41,604 nucleotides of DNA from Chiloscyllium plagiosum (Eukaryota), in the NCBI RefSeq assembly GCF_004010195.1, contig NW_025214621.1:1-41604 (forward strand), given 5' to 3'. The translations under genes and the position numbers were made by a program. Positions within the stretch are counted from its first letter, which is position 1. Every line of letters begins with the position of its first letter. Shown piece by piece: positions 22,617 through 34,589 of the stretch. The notes beneath the pieces were generated by a model. It had not been told where the DNA came from. It ran no database searches and saw only the letters and a list, made by a program, of their open reading frames with translations.

Positions 22617-23715
22617 ATTTGGATAAGTACATGAGTAGGAAAGGTTAGGAGGGATACAGGCCAGGAGTAGGCAGGTGGGACCAGTTTAGTTTGGGATTAT
22701 GGTCAGCATGGGCTTGGGTTGGATTGAAGGGGCTGCTTCTGTGCTGGATGACGATGATGTCAGACATGCTGAAGTTTTCCAGAAATTCCTATTTTTGTGT
22801 CAAACGTGTACAAGATGTTCTTATTTTCATCCTATATGTGATGATGGCTGATAGAAGGGCTTGGTCTCGCCACTACTGGAATTAAAACATTGGTAGCCAG
22901 AGAGCTGTCAGGGAGATACACACGCAGGAGGCTGAAAGAACACAGCAACCCAGGCAGTATCCGGAGGTGGAGAAGTCAACGTTTTGGGTGTAATACTTCT
23001 TCAGGGGTTAGCTGGGGGTCAGGGGAGCTGCAGGTAAAGGGGATGGAGGGGAGTTATGGGGGAGGCTTTTGCAGCAGGTCAGGCAGCATCTGAGGAGCAG
23101 GAAAATCAATGTTTCAGGCAAAAGCCCTTCATCAGGAATCCTTATGTAATTTTGTGAATACATTTTTGTCTATTTTAAAACCTGGTAGTCAACCTCACTA
23201 ACTTACTCCAGGTAAGTTTCACTGTACACTTACCGAAACAAATTGCAAAGTTATGGTCTGGGCTGCTTGCTTAAGAATGTTTTTGAGTGGTCTGGCCTCG
23301 TCATTTGGATAAGTACATGAGTAGGAAAGGTTAGGAGGGATACAGGCCAGGAGTAGGCAGGTGGGACCAGTTTAGTTTGGGATTATGGTCAGCATGGGCT
23401 TGGGTTGGATTGAAGGGGCTGCTTCTGTGCTGGATGACGATGATGTCAGACATGCTGAAGTTTTCCAGAAATTCCTATTTTTATCTCAAGTGTGTACAAG
23501 ATGTTCTTATTTTCATCCTATATGTGATGATGGCTGATAGAAGGGCTTGGTCTCGCCACTACTGGAATTAAAACATTGGTAGCCAGAGAGCTGTCAGGGA
23601 GATACACACGCAGGAGGCTGAAAGAACACAGCAACCCAGGCAGTATCCGGAGGTGGAGAAGTCAACGTTTTGGGTGTAATACTTCTTCAGGGGTTAGCTG
23701 GGGGTAAGGGGAGCT
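22384..23715. repeat. Near-identical direct tandem duplication, period 686 bp (22384-23029 versus 23070-23715)
   Basis: Duplicate ORFs at 22691 and 23377 (offset 686). Only a few substitutions seen, e.g. ttttgtgtcaaacg versus ttttatctcaagtg. Confidence 0.95.
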
Positions 23716-24230
23716 GCGGAGCTGAGAGGAAGGGCTGATCAGAGGAATGGAAGGGAGGGGAAGGGGCTGGAAACAGAGGAGGGGATGGGAAGGGAGGATA
23801 TTTCAAACTGGAGAACTCAATGTTTAGTCCTCCAGGCTGTAGGCTGCCCAGGTGTGGTCTGATTCGCTGTGGCAATGGAGGAGGCCAAGAATGGTCATGT
23901 TGGAAAGGGGACTTTAAATTGGACAGTGACTGGGAGGTCTAGTCAGCTCCTGCAGGCCTGGCTGTAATGCTTGGCGAAATGGGTCCTAAGTTTATGTTTT
24001 ATCTCCCTGATGTAGAGAAGACCACATTGGGAGCACTGCATTCAGCAGATTGCAGGAGATGCAGGTGAACCTCTTTCTCACCAGGAAGGACTATTTGGGG
24101 CCTTGGATGGAGGTGGGACGGTAGTGTGCCGGCAAGTTTTGCATCTTTTACGCTTGCAGGGAAAGGTGCCTGGGGTTTTAGGAGGGCTGGTGGGGAGAAT
24201 GGTGTGAACCAAAAACGGGTGCAATGAAAA
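23595..24230 (-). mobile_element. Degenerate Penelope 3' fragment (GIY-YIG region and terminal repeat), fourth subfamily
   Basis: Minus-strand translation includes RFTC and QCSQCGLLYIRE. Terminal cctgaagaagtattacacccaaaacgttgac is a decayed hammerhead motif. Confidence 0.75.
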
Positions 24231-24334
24231 GGTCACCCCAGTGCACTTGGGGTTTGTAGGAAAACAACCGAATAAAATACAGCCCTCTCACCTTCATCTC
24301 TCACAACTGTGCACCTGCAACACACACACAATCA

Positions 24335-25110
24335 CTGGATGAGAAATCCAAGAAACCAACTAATGTTTTGGGAATCCTTATCTTAATCCTGCCATGGCAG
24401 ATAGAGGAATTTGAAGTCAACAAAATCTGAAATTAAAATTCTAATGCAGACCATGAAACAATTGTTGGGAAGGAATTCTGCCATCCTGATCCAGTCTGGC
24501 ATACACGTGACTCCAGACCCACAACAATGTGGTTTGTTTCTAACATGCCTCTGAAATAGCCTGGCAAGTCACTCAGTTTATTTTGTGACAAAGTCTCAAA
24601 AAAGGAGTGAAACCAGACAGATCATCTGTCTTCGACCTACACTCTGGAAGTGACAACATCAGCCACAGCCCTGTCGACACTGAAAAGTAGTCCTTATTAA
24701 CATCTGTGGGCTGTACCAACATTGGAAGAGTCGACATTTCAGGCAAAAGCCCTATTCCTGATGAAGGGCTTTTGCCCAAAACGTCAACTCTCCTGCTCCT
24801 TGGATGCTGCCTGACCTGCTGTGCTTTTCCAGCACCACACTCTCGACTCTAATCTCCAGCATCTGCAGTCCTCACTTTGGCCAACACTGACTCTCACAGA
24901 CTAGTTCATCAACAGCCTAACATAGTCATACTGATGGTTTATATTTTACAAACATTGTCCGAGACACCACCATCATCATCTCTGGATATGTCCTGTCCCA
25001 CCGACAGGACAGATCCAGCAGAGGTGGTGGTACACTGGGACACAGAGAGGAGGGAGATGTCCGGGGTGTCCTCAACAATGACTTTGAAACCCATGAAAAC
25101 TAATGGCATC
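24335..25110 (+). mobile_element. 5' part of an old LINE: leader followed by a decayed AP-endonuclease N-terminus
   Basis: Frame-broken SHRLVHQQPNIVIL...GYVLSHRQDRSSRGGGTL, which is the APE motif 'R.DR...GGG'. Confidence 0.6.
24726..24880 (+). mobile_element. Short Penelope terminal-repeat insertion with an inverted 5' segment
   Basis: gagtcgacatttcaggcaaaagccct is inverted relative to agggcttttgcccaaaacgtcaactc. Flanked by ccaaca...ccaaca. Confidence 0.85.
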
Positions 25111-25139
25111 AGGTGAAATATGAACAAGAAAACACCCAG

Positions 25140-25410
25140 CAGATGTGCATATCCACAGATCCTTGGAGGCAGCAGCATAGGTAGACCAAGTGGTTAAGAA
25201 GGCAAATGGATGAACTGCCTTTATTAGTCAAGGCACTGAATACAAAAGATTATGATGGGGCTCTGTGTAATATTAGTTAGGCCACAGTTGGAGTACTACG
25301 TGCAGTTCTGGTCATCACACAATAGGAAGGATGTGACTACATTAGAGAGGGTGCAGAGGAGATTCATCAGGAATTTGGCAGGATTGAAGCAATTCAGCTT
25401 TGAGGAGAGA
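25140..25410 (+). mobile_element. CR1 fragment
   Basis: LVRPQLEYYVQFWSSHNRKDVTTLERVQRRFIR. Confidence 0.85.
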
Positions 25411-25510
25411 CTAGACCATGAATCATGCAGTTCAGAAGAGGTCCTTTGGCCTGTCCAATCTGTACAATTAAAATACATTCCTACCTCCACTAGCCTCACT
25501 TTCTCTATTC

Positions 25511-25615
25511 CAAAACAAAATCAGAAATTGTTGGAAAAGCTCAGCAGGTCTGGCAGCATCTAAAGGAGAGAAATCAAAGTTAACATTTCGAGTCCGATGA
25601 CCCTTCCTCAGAACT
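25511..25615 (-). mobile_element. Third-family Penelope-type terminal repeat with hammerhead-like motif (25582-25611)
   Basis: Reverse complement CTGAGGA-A-GGGTC-ATCG-GACTC-GAAA-TGTT. Confidence 0.65.
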
Positions 25616-25624
25616 GCCTTCTTC

Positions 25625-27655
25625 TCACCCTGTCCATGTCCCTTATTACCTTAAACACCTCAATCAGGCCCCCTTCAATTATCTCTGCACCAAAGAAAAC
25701 GTGAGCTTCTCCAGCTTCTCTTCATTGCTGAAATACTCTATTCTAGGCAACATCCTGGTGAATCTCCTCTGTATCCCCTCCAGTCCAATCACATCCTTCT
25801 TATAGAGTGGGGACCAGAACTGCACACAATACTCCAGCTGTGGCCCAATCAATCTTCTGTACAGTTCCAACAGAACCTCCCTGCACTTATAGCTCATGGC
25901 ATGTCTGATAAAATGATGTTCTGTCGTCTTCTTAACTACCCTATTAACCTATCCTTCCACCACCAGCAATCTGTAGACATACACCCCAAGATCCCTCTGT
26001 TAATCTAAGCTTCGTAGTGTTCTGCCAATACTCCCTTGTCTTGTTCCTTCTTCCAATGTTCACCACATCGCATATCCACCTGTAACCTTCCACTTTCCTA
26101 ATCATTGTCAATGACCTGGCCAACCTTTGTGTCATTCACAAACTTACTTGTCACCCCCTCATATTTTCAACTCTATCATTTCTGAATGTCACTGACAATA
26201 AGGGATCCAGCATCGATCTCTGTGGTGCACCACTACACACTGGACTCCAATCACACAAACAGCCTTCTGCCATTACTCTCCCTTTCCTGTTACAATTTTC
26301 TGCAATAGTTTTTCTGCCACTGATACGTGACTCACTGGTCTGTAATTCCATGGTTTACTTTTACTTTCTTGGAAAGTGGAACCACTTTCCTCTAGTAAAT
26401 CCTTGCGACCAGAGACAATTTAAAAACATTGGTTCAGGGCCCCTGTGATTTCCTCCCTTGTTTTCCACAGCAGCCGAGGATACAATTCATCCAGACCTGG
26501 GAAAGGGTCTCCTCCTAGATGCACCAAATCCTCCAATAGATAAGATAGTGAAGAAAGCATTTGGTATGCTTTCCTTTATTGGTCAGAGTATTGAGTACAG
26601 GAGTTGGGAGGTCATGTTGCGGCTGTACAGGACATTGGTTAGGCCACTGTTGAAATATTGCGTGCAATTCTGCTCTCCTTACTATCGGAAACATGTTGTG
26701 AAACTCGAAAGGGTTCAGAAAAGATTTACAAGGATGTTGCCAGGGTTGGAGGATCTGAGCTACAGGGAGAGGCTGAACAGGCTGGGGCTGTTTTCCTGGA
26801 GGCTGAGGGGTGACCCTATAGAGGTTTACAAAATTATGAGGGGCATAGCTAGGATAAATTGACAAAGTCTTTTCCCTGGAGTCGGGGAGTCCAGAACTAG
26901 AGGGCATAGGTTTAGGGTGAGAAGGGAAAGATATAAAAGAGACCTAAGGGGCAACCTTTTCATGCAGAGGGTGGTACGTTTATGGAACGAGCTGCCAGAG
27001 GATGTGGTGGAGGCTGGTACAATTGCAACATTTAAGAGGCATTTGGATGGGTATATGAATAGGAAGGGTTTGGAGGGATATAGGTTGGCTGTTGGCAGGT
27101 GGGACTAGATTAAGTTGCGATATCTACTCGGCATGGACGGGTTGGACCGAAAGGTCTGTTTCCATGTTGTACATCTCTATGACTCTATGACCTCCTTGCT
27201 TCTTATATCAATCTGCTCAAGAACCTCACAATCCATCATCTTGAGTTCTGTATCTACACCCTCCTTCTTCTGAGTACAGATGTAAGCCATTCATTTCACA
27301 CTTTATCAATGTCCTCTGTTTTCTCACAGTTTACCCCTTGGTTCCTAATAAGCCCTATATGTTCCCTGGTTATTCTCTTCCTCTGGTTATTATTATACTT
27401 GCTGAATATCTTGGGATTCTCCCGAATCTTGGCAGCCAACATTTTCTCATATTCCCTCTTTGCTCTCCTAATTGTTTTCTTCACTAACCCCCAATTTTCC
27501 AGATTCCTCAAGACGACCATTGATTTACTCCCTTTGCACTTTTGTAAGTCTTTCTTTTCATTTTTATCATGTACTGAATATCCCTAGATATTCTGGGTTC
27601 TCTGGCCTTCCTGCTCCTGCTTTCACTCTAAAGAGAACACGTTGGGTCTGAACTC
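25625..27655 (-). mobile_element. Old CR1 ORF2 remnant, split by a younger + strand CR1
   Basis: Minus ORFs LIGPQLEYCVQFWSP, WSPVCSGAPQRSMLDPLL and IRRAKREYEKMLAAKIRENPKIFSKY are in collinear order. Confidence 0.8.
26538..27190 (+). mobile_element. Relatively young 5'-truncated CR1 with intact tail
   Basis: DKIVKKAFGMLSFIGQSIEYRSWEVMLRLYRTLVRPLLKYCVQF; ends tctatgactctatga. Confidence 0.92.
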
Positions 27656-27749
27656 ACTCCAGTATCTTGTTGAGTAAATCCTTAACTCCAGATAGGTTGA
27701 GGTTGTTTTCCTTAAAGCAGGGAAGGCTATTGGCAATCTTATTGAGGTG

Positions 27750-27946
27750 AAAGTGAGGTCTGCAGATGCTGGAGATCAGAGCCGGAGATGTGTTGCTGGA
27801 AAAGCGCAGCAGGTCAGGCAGCATCCAGGGAACAGGAGAATCAACGTTTCGGGCATTCCTGAAGAAGGGCTTATGCCCGAAACGTCGATTCTCCTGTTCC
27901 CTGGATGCTGCCTGACCTGCTGCGCTTTTCCAGCAACACATCTCCG
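27750..27946. mobile_element. Fold-back Penelope terminal-repeat insertion (74-bp inverted arms, 16-nt loop)
   Basis: Arms at 27783-27856 and 27873-27946 with one mismatch. 15-bp TSD aatcttattgaggtg at 27735-27749 and 27947-27961. Confidence 0.93.
27859..27886 (+). ncRNA. Putative minimal type I hammerhead ribozyme core
   Basis: CTGAAGA-A-GGGC-TTAT-GCCC-GAAA-CGTC, identical to 16415-16442. Confidence 0.7.
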
Positions 27947-28744
27947 AATCTTATTGAGGTGTATAAAGTTCAAAGGAGCACAGACAGTGTCAGTGAGGAG
28001 TTATTATTTCCTTTAGTTGAGCAGTCAAAAAACACGGAGGCATAGTTTAAAGGAGAGGAGTAACAGGACAGTGGAGGTGGGAGCCCTTGAGACATTTAGA
28101 ATAATTTAGATGAGCACTTAAACTCCTCAAATACAAGCCTAAGGACCAATTGCTGGATAATGGGTTTAGAATAGATGGATATTTCATGACCAGTGTGGAC
28201 ATGATGGGCCAAATGGACTTTTCCATGCTGTAAAAACTCTAAGACTCTGAGACCTTTATAAGTGGGAACCTGTTACTTCCAATAATCAGGAGTTCTGATC
28301 AGCACCAAAAGATCTCAGCAAACCCTATGGACACAGACCTCGGAATTGCATTCCCAGTATTTCCCTTCACCAAAAACACTCATGTTTTTTATTCCTGTTT
28401 GTTTCCATCAATAGGGTATGTGTGTGGGAGTTTAAAGATTAGTTCGAGTTTTGATTAATTGACGTATTGTTGTCACATGCACTGAGATACAGTGGAAAAT
28501 GTTGTTTTGCCTCCTTTACAGGCAGTTTGGAACAGACAAAGTGCATCAGTGGAGCAGAGCTTAAAAAAAAGCATCTCTACACTTCTTCGCCAAATCCCCA
28601 CTCTCAGTCTATACTTCAATAAGATTTAGAACGATGAGTGGTAGTCTCAATGAAACTGAGAAGTCTGGATAGAGGGGACAAGGAGAAGATGTTCTCACTA
28701 GTATGAGAAACTAGGACCTAAGCGCACATCATTAGAGTGAAGGC

Positions 28745-31700
28745 ATTTTTATTTTCAGCAGCAGCAGGAGCAGTGACAGTGAGGACCAGTTAGCTGCTGG
28801 GAAGGTAAATTCTTATGAAAAGGCATAACCTCGAGCATCAGCGGCCTTCATTTTCAGCAGCAGCAAGAGTAGTGAGAGCGAGGACCTGAGTGGGAGTGGT
28901 CAAATTGCATTCTGGGAAAGTGAGTGAACTGATAGATTTGGGCAGCAGAGGGAGAAAAGGAATGGGTGACCAAATGGCAGAGAAAGAGCAGGAAAGCTGT
29001 GCAGGTGTCCCCTGCAGTCATCTCCCTCAAAAACAGGTTTACCGTTTTGGATACTGTTGAGGGAGATGGCTCACTAGGGGAAGGTAACAGTTGCCATGTT
29101 CATGGCACCATGGCTGGCTATGCTGTTCAGAAAGGGCAGGAAAAAAAGTGGCAGAACTTTAGTCATAGGTAGTTCAATTGGAAGGGGAGTAGAAGGCGGA
29201 ACTGTGGTCGAAAACGAGACTCCCGAATGGTACGTTGCCTTCCAGGTGCATGGGTCAGGGATGTCTCAGATTGGCTGTGGGACATTCTGAATGGGGACGC
29301 ATATAGGCACCAATGATATAGGTTAAAACAAAAAGAGGATGAGGTCTTACAAGCAGAATTTAGGGAGTTAGGAGCCAAGTTAAAAAGTAGGACCTCAGAG
29401 GTAGTGATCTCAGGATTGCTACCAGTGCCACATGATAGTCAGAGTAGAAATGAAAGAATAGACAGGATAAATACATGGCTTGAGAGATAGTGCAGGTGGG
29501 AGGGGTTGTTGGGACATTGGGACCTGTTCTGGGGGAAGTAGGACTTTTAAAAAATTGGACGGCCTACACCTGGGCCGGAGTGGAACCAATGTCCTTGGGG
29601 GTGCTTTTGCTAATGCTGTTGGGGAGGGTTTCAACTAATGTGGCAGGTGGAAGGGAATCCAAATGAGGTTATTGGACAGTAAGGAGGTTGTACCTAAACC
29701 TGTAAATAACTAATAATTAAGTCAGCGTGACTAAGGGGAAGAGTAAATAGAAGTTCTTTTCACCAAACTCATTTCCACATATTTGATTCTGTCCCATGTC
29801 CCCTTGTCCAGGAACTCTGACCTACATTCGGGCCACCATCCACACCCTCCACCTCGTCCATGAATTTTATTTCCCTGGCCTCCAATGCCTCATCTTCACC
29901 ATGGATATCCCGTCCCTATACACGTCTATCCGCCATGACAAAGGCATCCGGGCCCTCTGTTGCTTCCTCTCCCGATGTTCCCAACAGTATCCTTCCACTG
30001 ACACTCTCAATCATTTGGCTGAACTGGTCCTCAACCTCAATAATTTCTCCTTTGAATCCTTCCACTTCCTCCAGACAAAAGGGGTAGCCATGGGCAGCCG
30101 CATGGACCCCAGCTATCCCTGTCTCTTCATTGTATACATGGAACAGTCCATCTTCCGCAGCTACATCGGCACCATTCCCCACCTTTTCCTCTGCTACATT
30201 GATGAATATATTGGCGCCACCTCCTGCTTCCACCAGGAGGTTGAACAGTTCATCCATTTCACCAACATGCTTCACCCTGAACTTATGTTCACCTGGACCA
30301 TTTTGGACACCTCCCTCCCCTTCCTGGACCTCTCTATATCCATCAACGTTGACCGACTCAACACGGACATCTTCTACAAAGCCATCAACTCCCACAGCTA
30401 CTTAGACTACAACTCCTCCCGCCCTGCCTCCTGTATCCCTTATTCCTAATTCCTCTGCCTCTGGCACATCTGCTCCCAGGAAGACTGCATTTTCCCCTCG
30501 CAGGTGGTTGATGACCCTCTCCAGAGCACCTCATCCACTTCCCGCACCTCCACGTTTGAACCGCACCTCTCCAACCACCTCGGTCCACATCTTCCACCCC
30601 ACCCATCTCCAAATACATTGCAAAATCCTCTGCCATTTCTGCCACCGACAAACGGACTCCACCACCAGAGATATATTTCCCTCTCCACCCCTATCTGCTT
30701 TCCGTAAAGACCATTCCCTCCGTGGTGCTCTTGTCAGGTCCACTCCTCCCACCAACCCACCCTCCCCTCCCGGCACCTTGCTCTGCCACTGCAGGAATTG
30801 CAAGACCTGTGCCCACACATATGCCCTCACTTTGTCCATGGCCCCAAAGGAGCCTTCCACATCAATCAGAGATTTTCTTGCACTTCCACACTTCTCATTT
30901 ACTGTATCTGTTGCTCCTGATGTGGTCTCCTCTACAGTGGGGAGACAGGATGCCTACTTACAGAATGCTTCAGAGAACATCTCTGGGATACACGCACAAA
31001 GCAATCACATCACCTCGTGACTGAACACTTTGACTCCTCCTCCCACTCTGTCAAGGACATACAGGTGCTGGGCCTCCTCCATCACCAAACCCGAACCACC
31101 TGACGCTTGGAGGAAGATGCCTCATTTTCCGCCTTGGGCCCCTCCAACCACATTGATGTGGATTTCACCAGTTTCCTCAATTCCCCTCTCCGCCACCTTA
31201 TCACAGATCCAATTTTCCAACTCAGCACCGCCCTCATGATCTGTCCTACCTATCCATCTTCATTCCCATCTATCCACTCCACCCTCGTCTCTGACTTATC
31301 ACTTTTAACCCCACTTTCAGCTACCTATCACACTCTCAGGTACCTCCCCCTGCCATTTATCTCTCTACCCCCTTGACTCACAAGCCTCATTCCTGATAAG
31401 GGGCTTAGGCCTGAAATGTCAATTCTCATGCTCCTCGGATGCTGCCTGACCTGCTGTGCTTTTCCAGCACCACACTCTCGACGCTGATCTCCAGCATCTG
31501 GAGTCCTCACTTTCTCTGAAGGGGAAGAGCACGCAGGGAGCAGATAATGAACACAAAGGGACTGATGGTCTGAGGTGCATTTGTTTTAATGCATGAAGTG
31601 TAGTAGGTAAAACAGATGAACTTAGGGCTTGGAATAGGACCTGTAATATGATGTTATTGCTATTACTGAGACTTGATGAGGGGAGGGCATGATTGGAAAC

Positions 31701-33100
31701 TAAATATCCCAGGATAGAGCTGCTTCAAGACGGATAGAGAGGGAGGTAAAAAGGGTGGAGGAGTTGCATTACTGGTCAGAGAGGATATCACAGCTGTGCT
31801 GAAGGAGGGCACCATGGAAGACTTCTGCAGTGAGGCATTATGGGCACAGCTTGAGAAATAGGAAGGGTGCAATAACAATGTTGGGGCTGTACTACAGGCC
31901 TCCCAATAGCAAGTGTAAGATAGAGGTTAAAATACGTAAACAAATTATGGAAAGATGTTGGAGCAACATGGTGGTGGTGATGGGAGATTTTAATTTTCCC
32001 AACATTGACTGGGATTCATTTAGTGTTAAAGGATTAAATGGAACAGGATTTGTAAGGAACATTCAGGAGGGTTTTCAAGAGAATTTTTGTAAATAGTCCA
32101 ACTCAGGAAGGGGCCAGACCGGACCTGGTGTGAGGGAATGATCCCGGCCAGGTGGGTGTAGTTTCAGTAGGGGATTACTTTGGGAATAGTGATCACAATT
32201 CCGTAAGTTTTAGAATACTCATGGACAAAGACAAGAGTGATCCTAAAGGCAAAGTGCTAAACTGGGGGAAGGCAAACTATACCAAAATTTGACAGGAGCT
32301 GGGGAATGAAGATTGGGAGCAACTGTTTGAGGGTATATCCATATTTGATATGTGGGAGGCTAAAAAGAGATGTTGATTAGAGTGCAGGACAGACATGTCC
32401 CCGCAAAAATGAGGGATAGAAATGACAAAATTAGGGAACTCTGATGACAGTTGAAATTGTGGGACTAGCTAAGAGGAATCATACATAAAGTCTGGACGAA
32501 TGAAGACAGATGAAGCTCTGGAAGAATATTGGGAATGTAGGACTAATCTGAAATGAGGAATTAAGAGGTCTAAAAGGGGTCATGAAATATCTTTAGCAAA
32601 CAGCGTTAAGGAAAATCCCAAAGCCTTTTATTTATATCTAAGGAGCAAAAGGGTAACTGGTGAAAGAGTTGGCCACCTCAAGGACAAAGGAGGAATGTTA
32701 TGCATGGACTCAGAGAAAATGGGCGAGATTCTTGACTAGTACTTTGCATCGGTATTCACCAAGGAGAGGAACATGACGGATGTTGGGGTTAGGGATAAAT
32801 GTTTGATTACTGTAGGTCAAGTCAGCATAAGGAGGAGGAAGTGTTGATATTCCAAAAGGTGGACAAGTCCCCAGGTCTGGATGTGACATATCCTGTGAGA
32901 AGCGAGAGAGGAAATAGCTGGGGCCTGAACAGATATCTTTGCAGCATTCTTGAACACGGATGAGGTCTTGGAGGACTGAAGAATTGCTAATGCTGTCACC
33001 TTGTTTAAGAAGGGGAGCAGGGGTAGACCAATGAGTCTGATGTCAGTGGCAGAGAAGGTGTTGGAGAAGATACTAAGGGATAGGATCTATTCTCATTCAG
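28745..33100 (+). mobile_element. Long degenerate CR1 'D' (5'UTR, SGNH-esterase ORF1, endonuclease and partial RT), split by a Penelope
   Basis: ORF1 remnants LKNRFTVLDTV, LVIGSSIGRG, HIGTNDIG and DGLHL. ORF2 remnants GLYYRPPNS and VVMGDFNFPNIDW. The 5'UTR has a duplicated attttcagcagcagca motif. Confidence 0.85.
29744..31518 (+). mobile_element. Penelope-like retroelement, 5'-truncated: RT, GIY-YIG endonuclease and terminal repeat
   Basis: RT motifs FTMDIPSLYTSI, FLQTKGVAMG, CYIDEY (decayed YIDD) and LPFLDL; linker CHCRNCKTC; GIY-YIG remnant IYCICCS*CGLLYSGETG. 11-bp TSD aaggggaagag at 29733-29743 and 31519-31529. Confidence 0.92.
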
Positions 33101-33109
33101 TTCACATGA

Positions 33110-34530
33110 GTCAGAAACAACTGTGTTCAATATAAATAAAGGGAATTACAATGAAATGATGCCAGAGTTAGCTCAAGTGAACTAGCTGGATAAATTTACC
33201 AGGAACAACAGTAAGCAAGTACTGTTGACATTTAAAGAGGTAATTCATGATTCTCAGCAAAAATACATTCCAGTGAGGAGGAAAGATTATGGGAAGGGGA
33301 TAAAGACCAACCATGGCTAACCAAGAACGTTATGCAGAGTATTAAATTGAAAAAAAATGCATTGAAGGAGGCAAAAGTCAGTCTGAAGACTGGAATAAAT
33401 TCACAATCAACAAGGGAGGATAAGAAATGATAATAAAAAGAGAGCAAGCAATTTATGGAGAAAAACTAATCAGGAATAGAAAAACTGACAATCATAGCTT
33501 CTTTAAATATATAAAAAGACTGTGATCAAATTGAATATTTGCTCCTTAGAAAATGATTTTGGGGAAATGGTTATGAAGAACAAGGCAAAGGAGTTAAACG
33601 GAGATTTTGCATCAGTCTTTATGGTGGAAGATACTTCGAACATTCCATTAATACTAAGGAGTATGGAGAGGAAGTAAATACCATCAGTATCACTAGAGAA
33701 TAGTATCAGACAAAACAATAGGGCTAAAACCAGATCTGTCTCCTGGCCCTGACAGCTTGCATTCTGGGATCCTAAAAAAGGTAGCTACAGAGATAATGGT
33801 TACGTTAGCTGTAATTTTCCAATAATCCTTGGATTCTGGAGAAGTACCAGATGATTGGAAATCATTAATGTGATACCGCTCTTCAAAAAGTGAGACAGGC
33901 AAAAAAATGCACAACTAAGACCGATTAGTCTAACAGCTATTGTTGGAAGAGTATTTGAATCAATCATTGAGGGAGAAATGCAGAATATTTGGAAAATCAT
34001 AATCCAAACAAGCAAAGTCAGCATGACTCCATTAAAGTTTGATTAATGTAACAGATTTTTTCAAGGAAGTCTCAATGAGAGTGGAGAACATTTTAATATG
34101 GATTTCCAGAAGGTATTCAACCAGGTACCTCACAAAAGGTGAAATTACAGAGGAACAGTCCATGGTGTTGGAGATAGTATATTGATATGGAGAGAGAACT
34201 GGCAAATAGACAGGAAACAGTAAGTGGGGCTAAAGGGTTCTTTTTCAGGGTTGGCAACCCATGACCAGTGTGGTTCCACAGGAATCAGTGCCGGGAATGC
34301 AAATATTTACAAAATTCATTGATGACTTGGTGGAAGAAAGAGAATGTATTTTTGCCAAATTTGCAAACGTCACAAACATATGTAAAAAGGAAAGCTGTGA
34401 GAGAGGTACAAGCGCTTTGCAGAGAAATATTGAGAGGTTAAGTAAATGGGCAACAAGGTGGCAAATGCAGTGTAATGTGGGAAAATGTGAAGCTCTTCAT
34501 TTTGGAAGGGAGAAAAAAAAAGCAGCATTA
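33110..34530 (+). mobile_element. Old CR1 ORF2 fragment (different subfamily)
   Basis: TSVVPQESVPGMQIFTKFIDDL...FAKFAN...LSKWATRWQMQCNVGKCEALHFGR. Confidence 0.85.
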
Positions 34531-34535
34531 TTTAG

Positions 34536-34582
34536 AGGCAGCATGGCGGCTCACTGGGAAGCACTGCTGCCACAATGCCAGG
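34536..34582 (+). mobile_element. Short decayed tRNA-SINE head
   Basis: ggcagcatggcggctcactgggaagcactgctgcc resembles the SINE head at 18680-18770. Confidence 0.45.
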
Positions 34583-34589
34583 TGTTCTA

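Larger units (their letters stand above)
27675..28230 (+). mobile_element. CR1 3' fragment hosting a fold-back Penelope insertion
   Basis: aggttgaggttgttttccttaaagcagggaaggct...attgaggtgtataaa, with a tail resembling aactctaagactctga. Confidence 0.75.

Noticed and set aside
27747..28016. Mirror-image ORFs on both strands (RRCVAGKAQQVRQHPG)
   Set aside because: A by-product of the 74-bp inverted repeat, not protein coding.
28500..28570. Acceptor-like ctcctttacag as a candidate next ADAM exon
   Set aside because: The downstream sequence has no furin-site or YVEL-like motif and no suitable donor.
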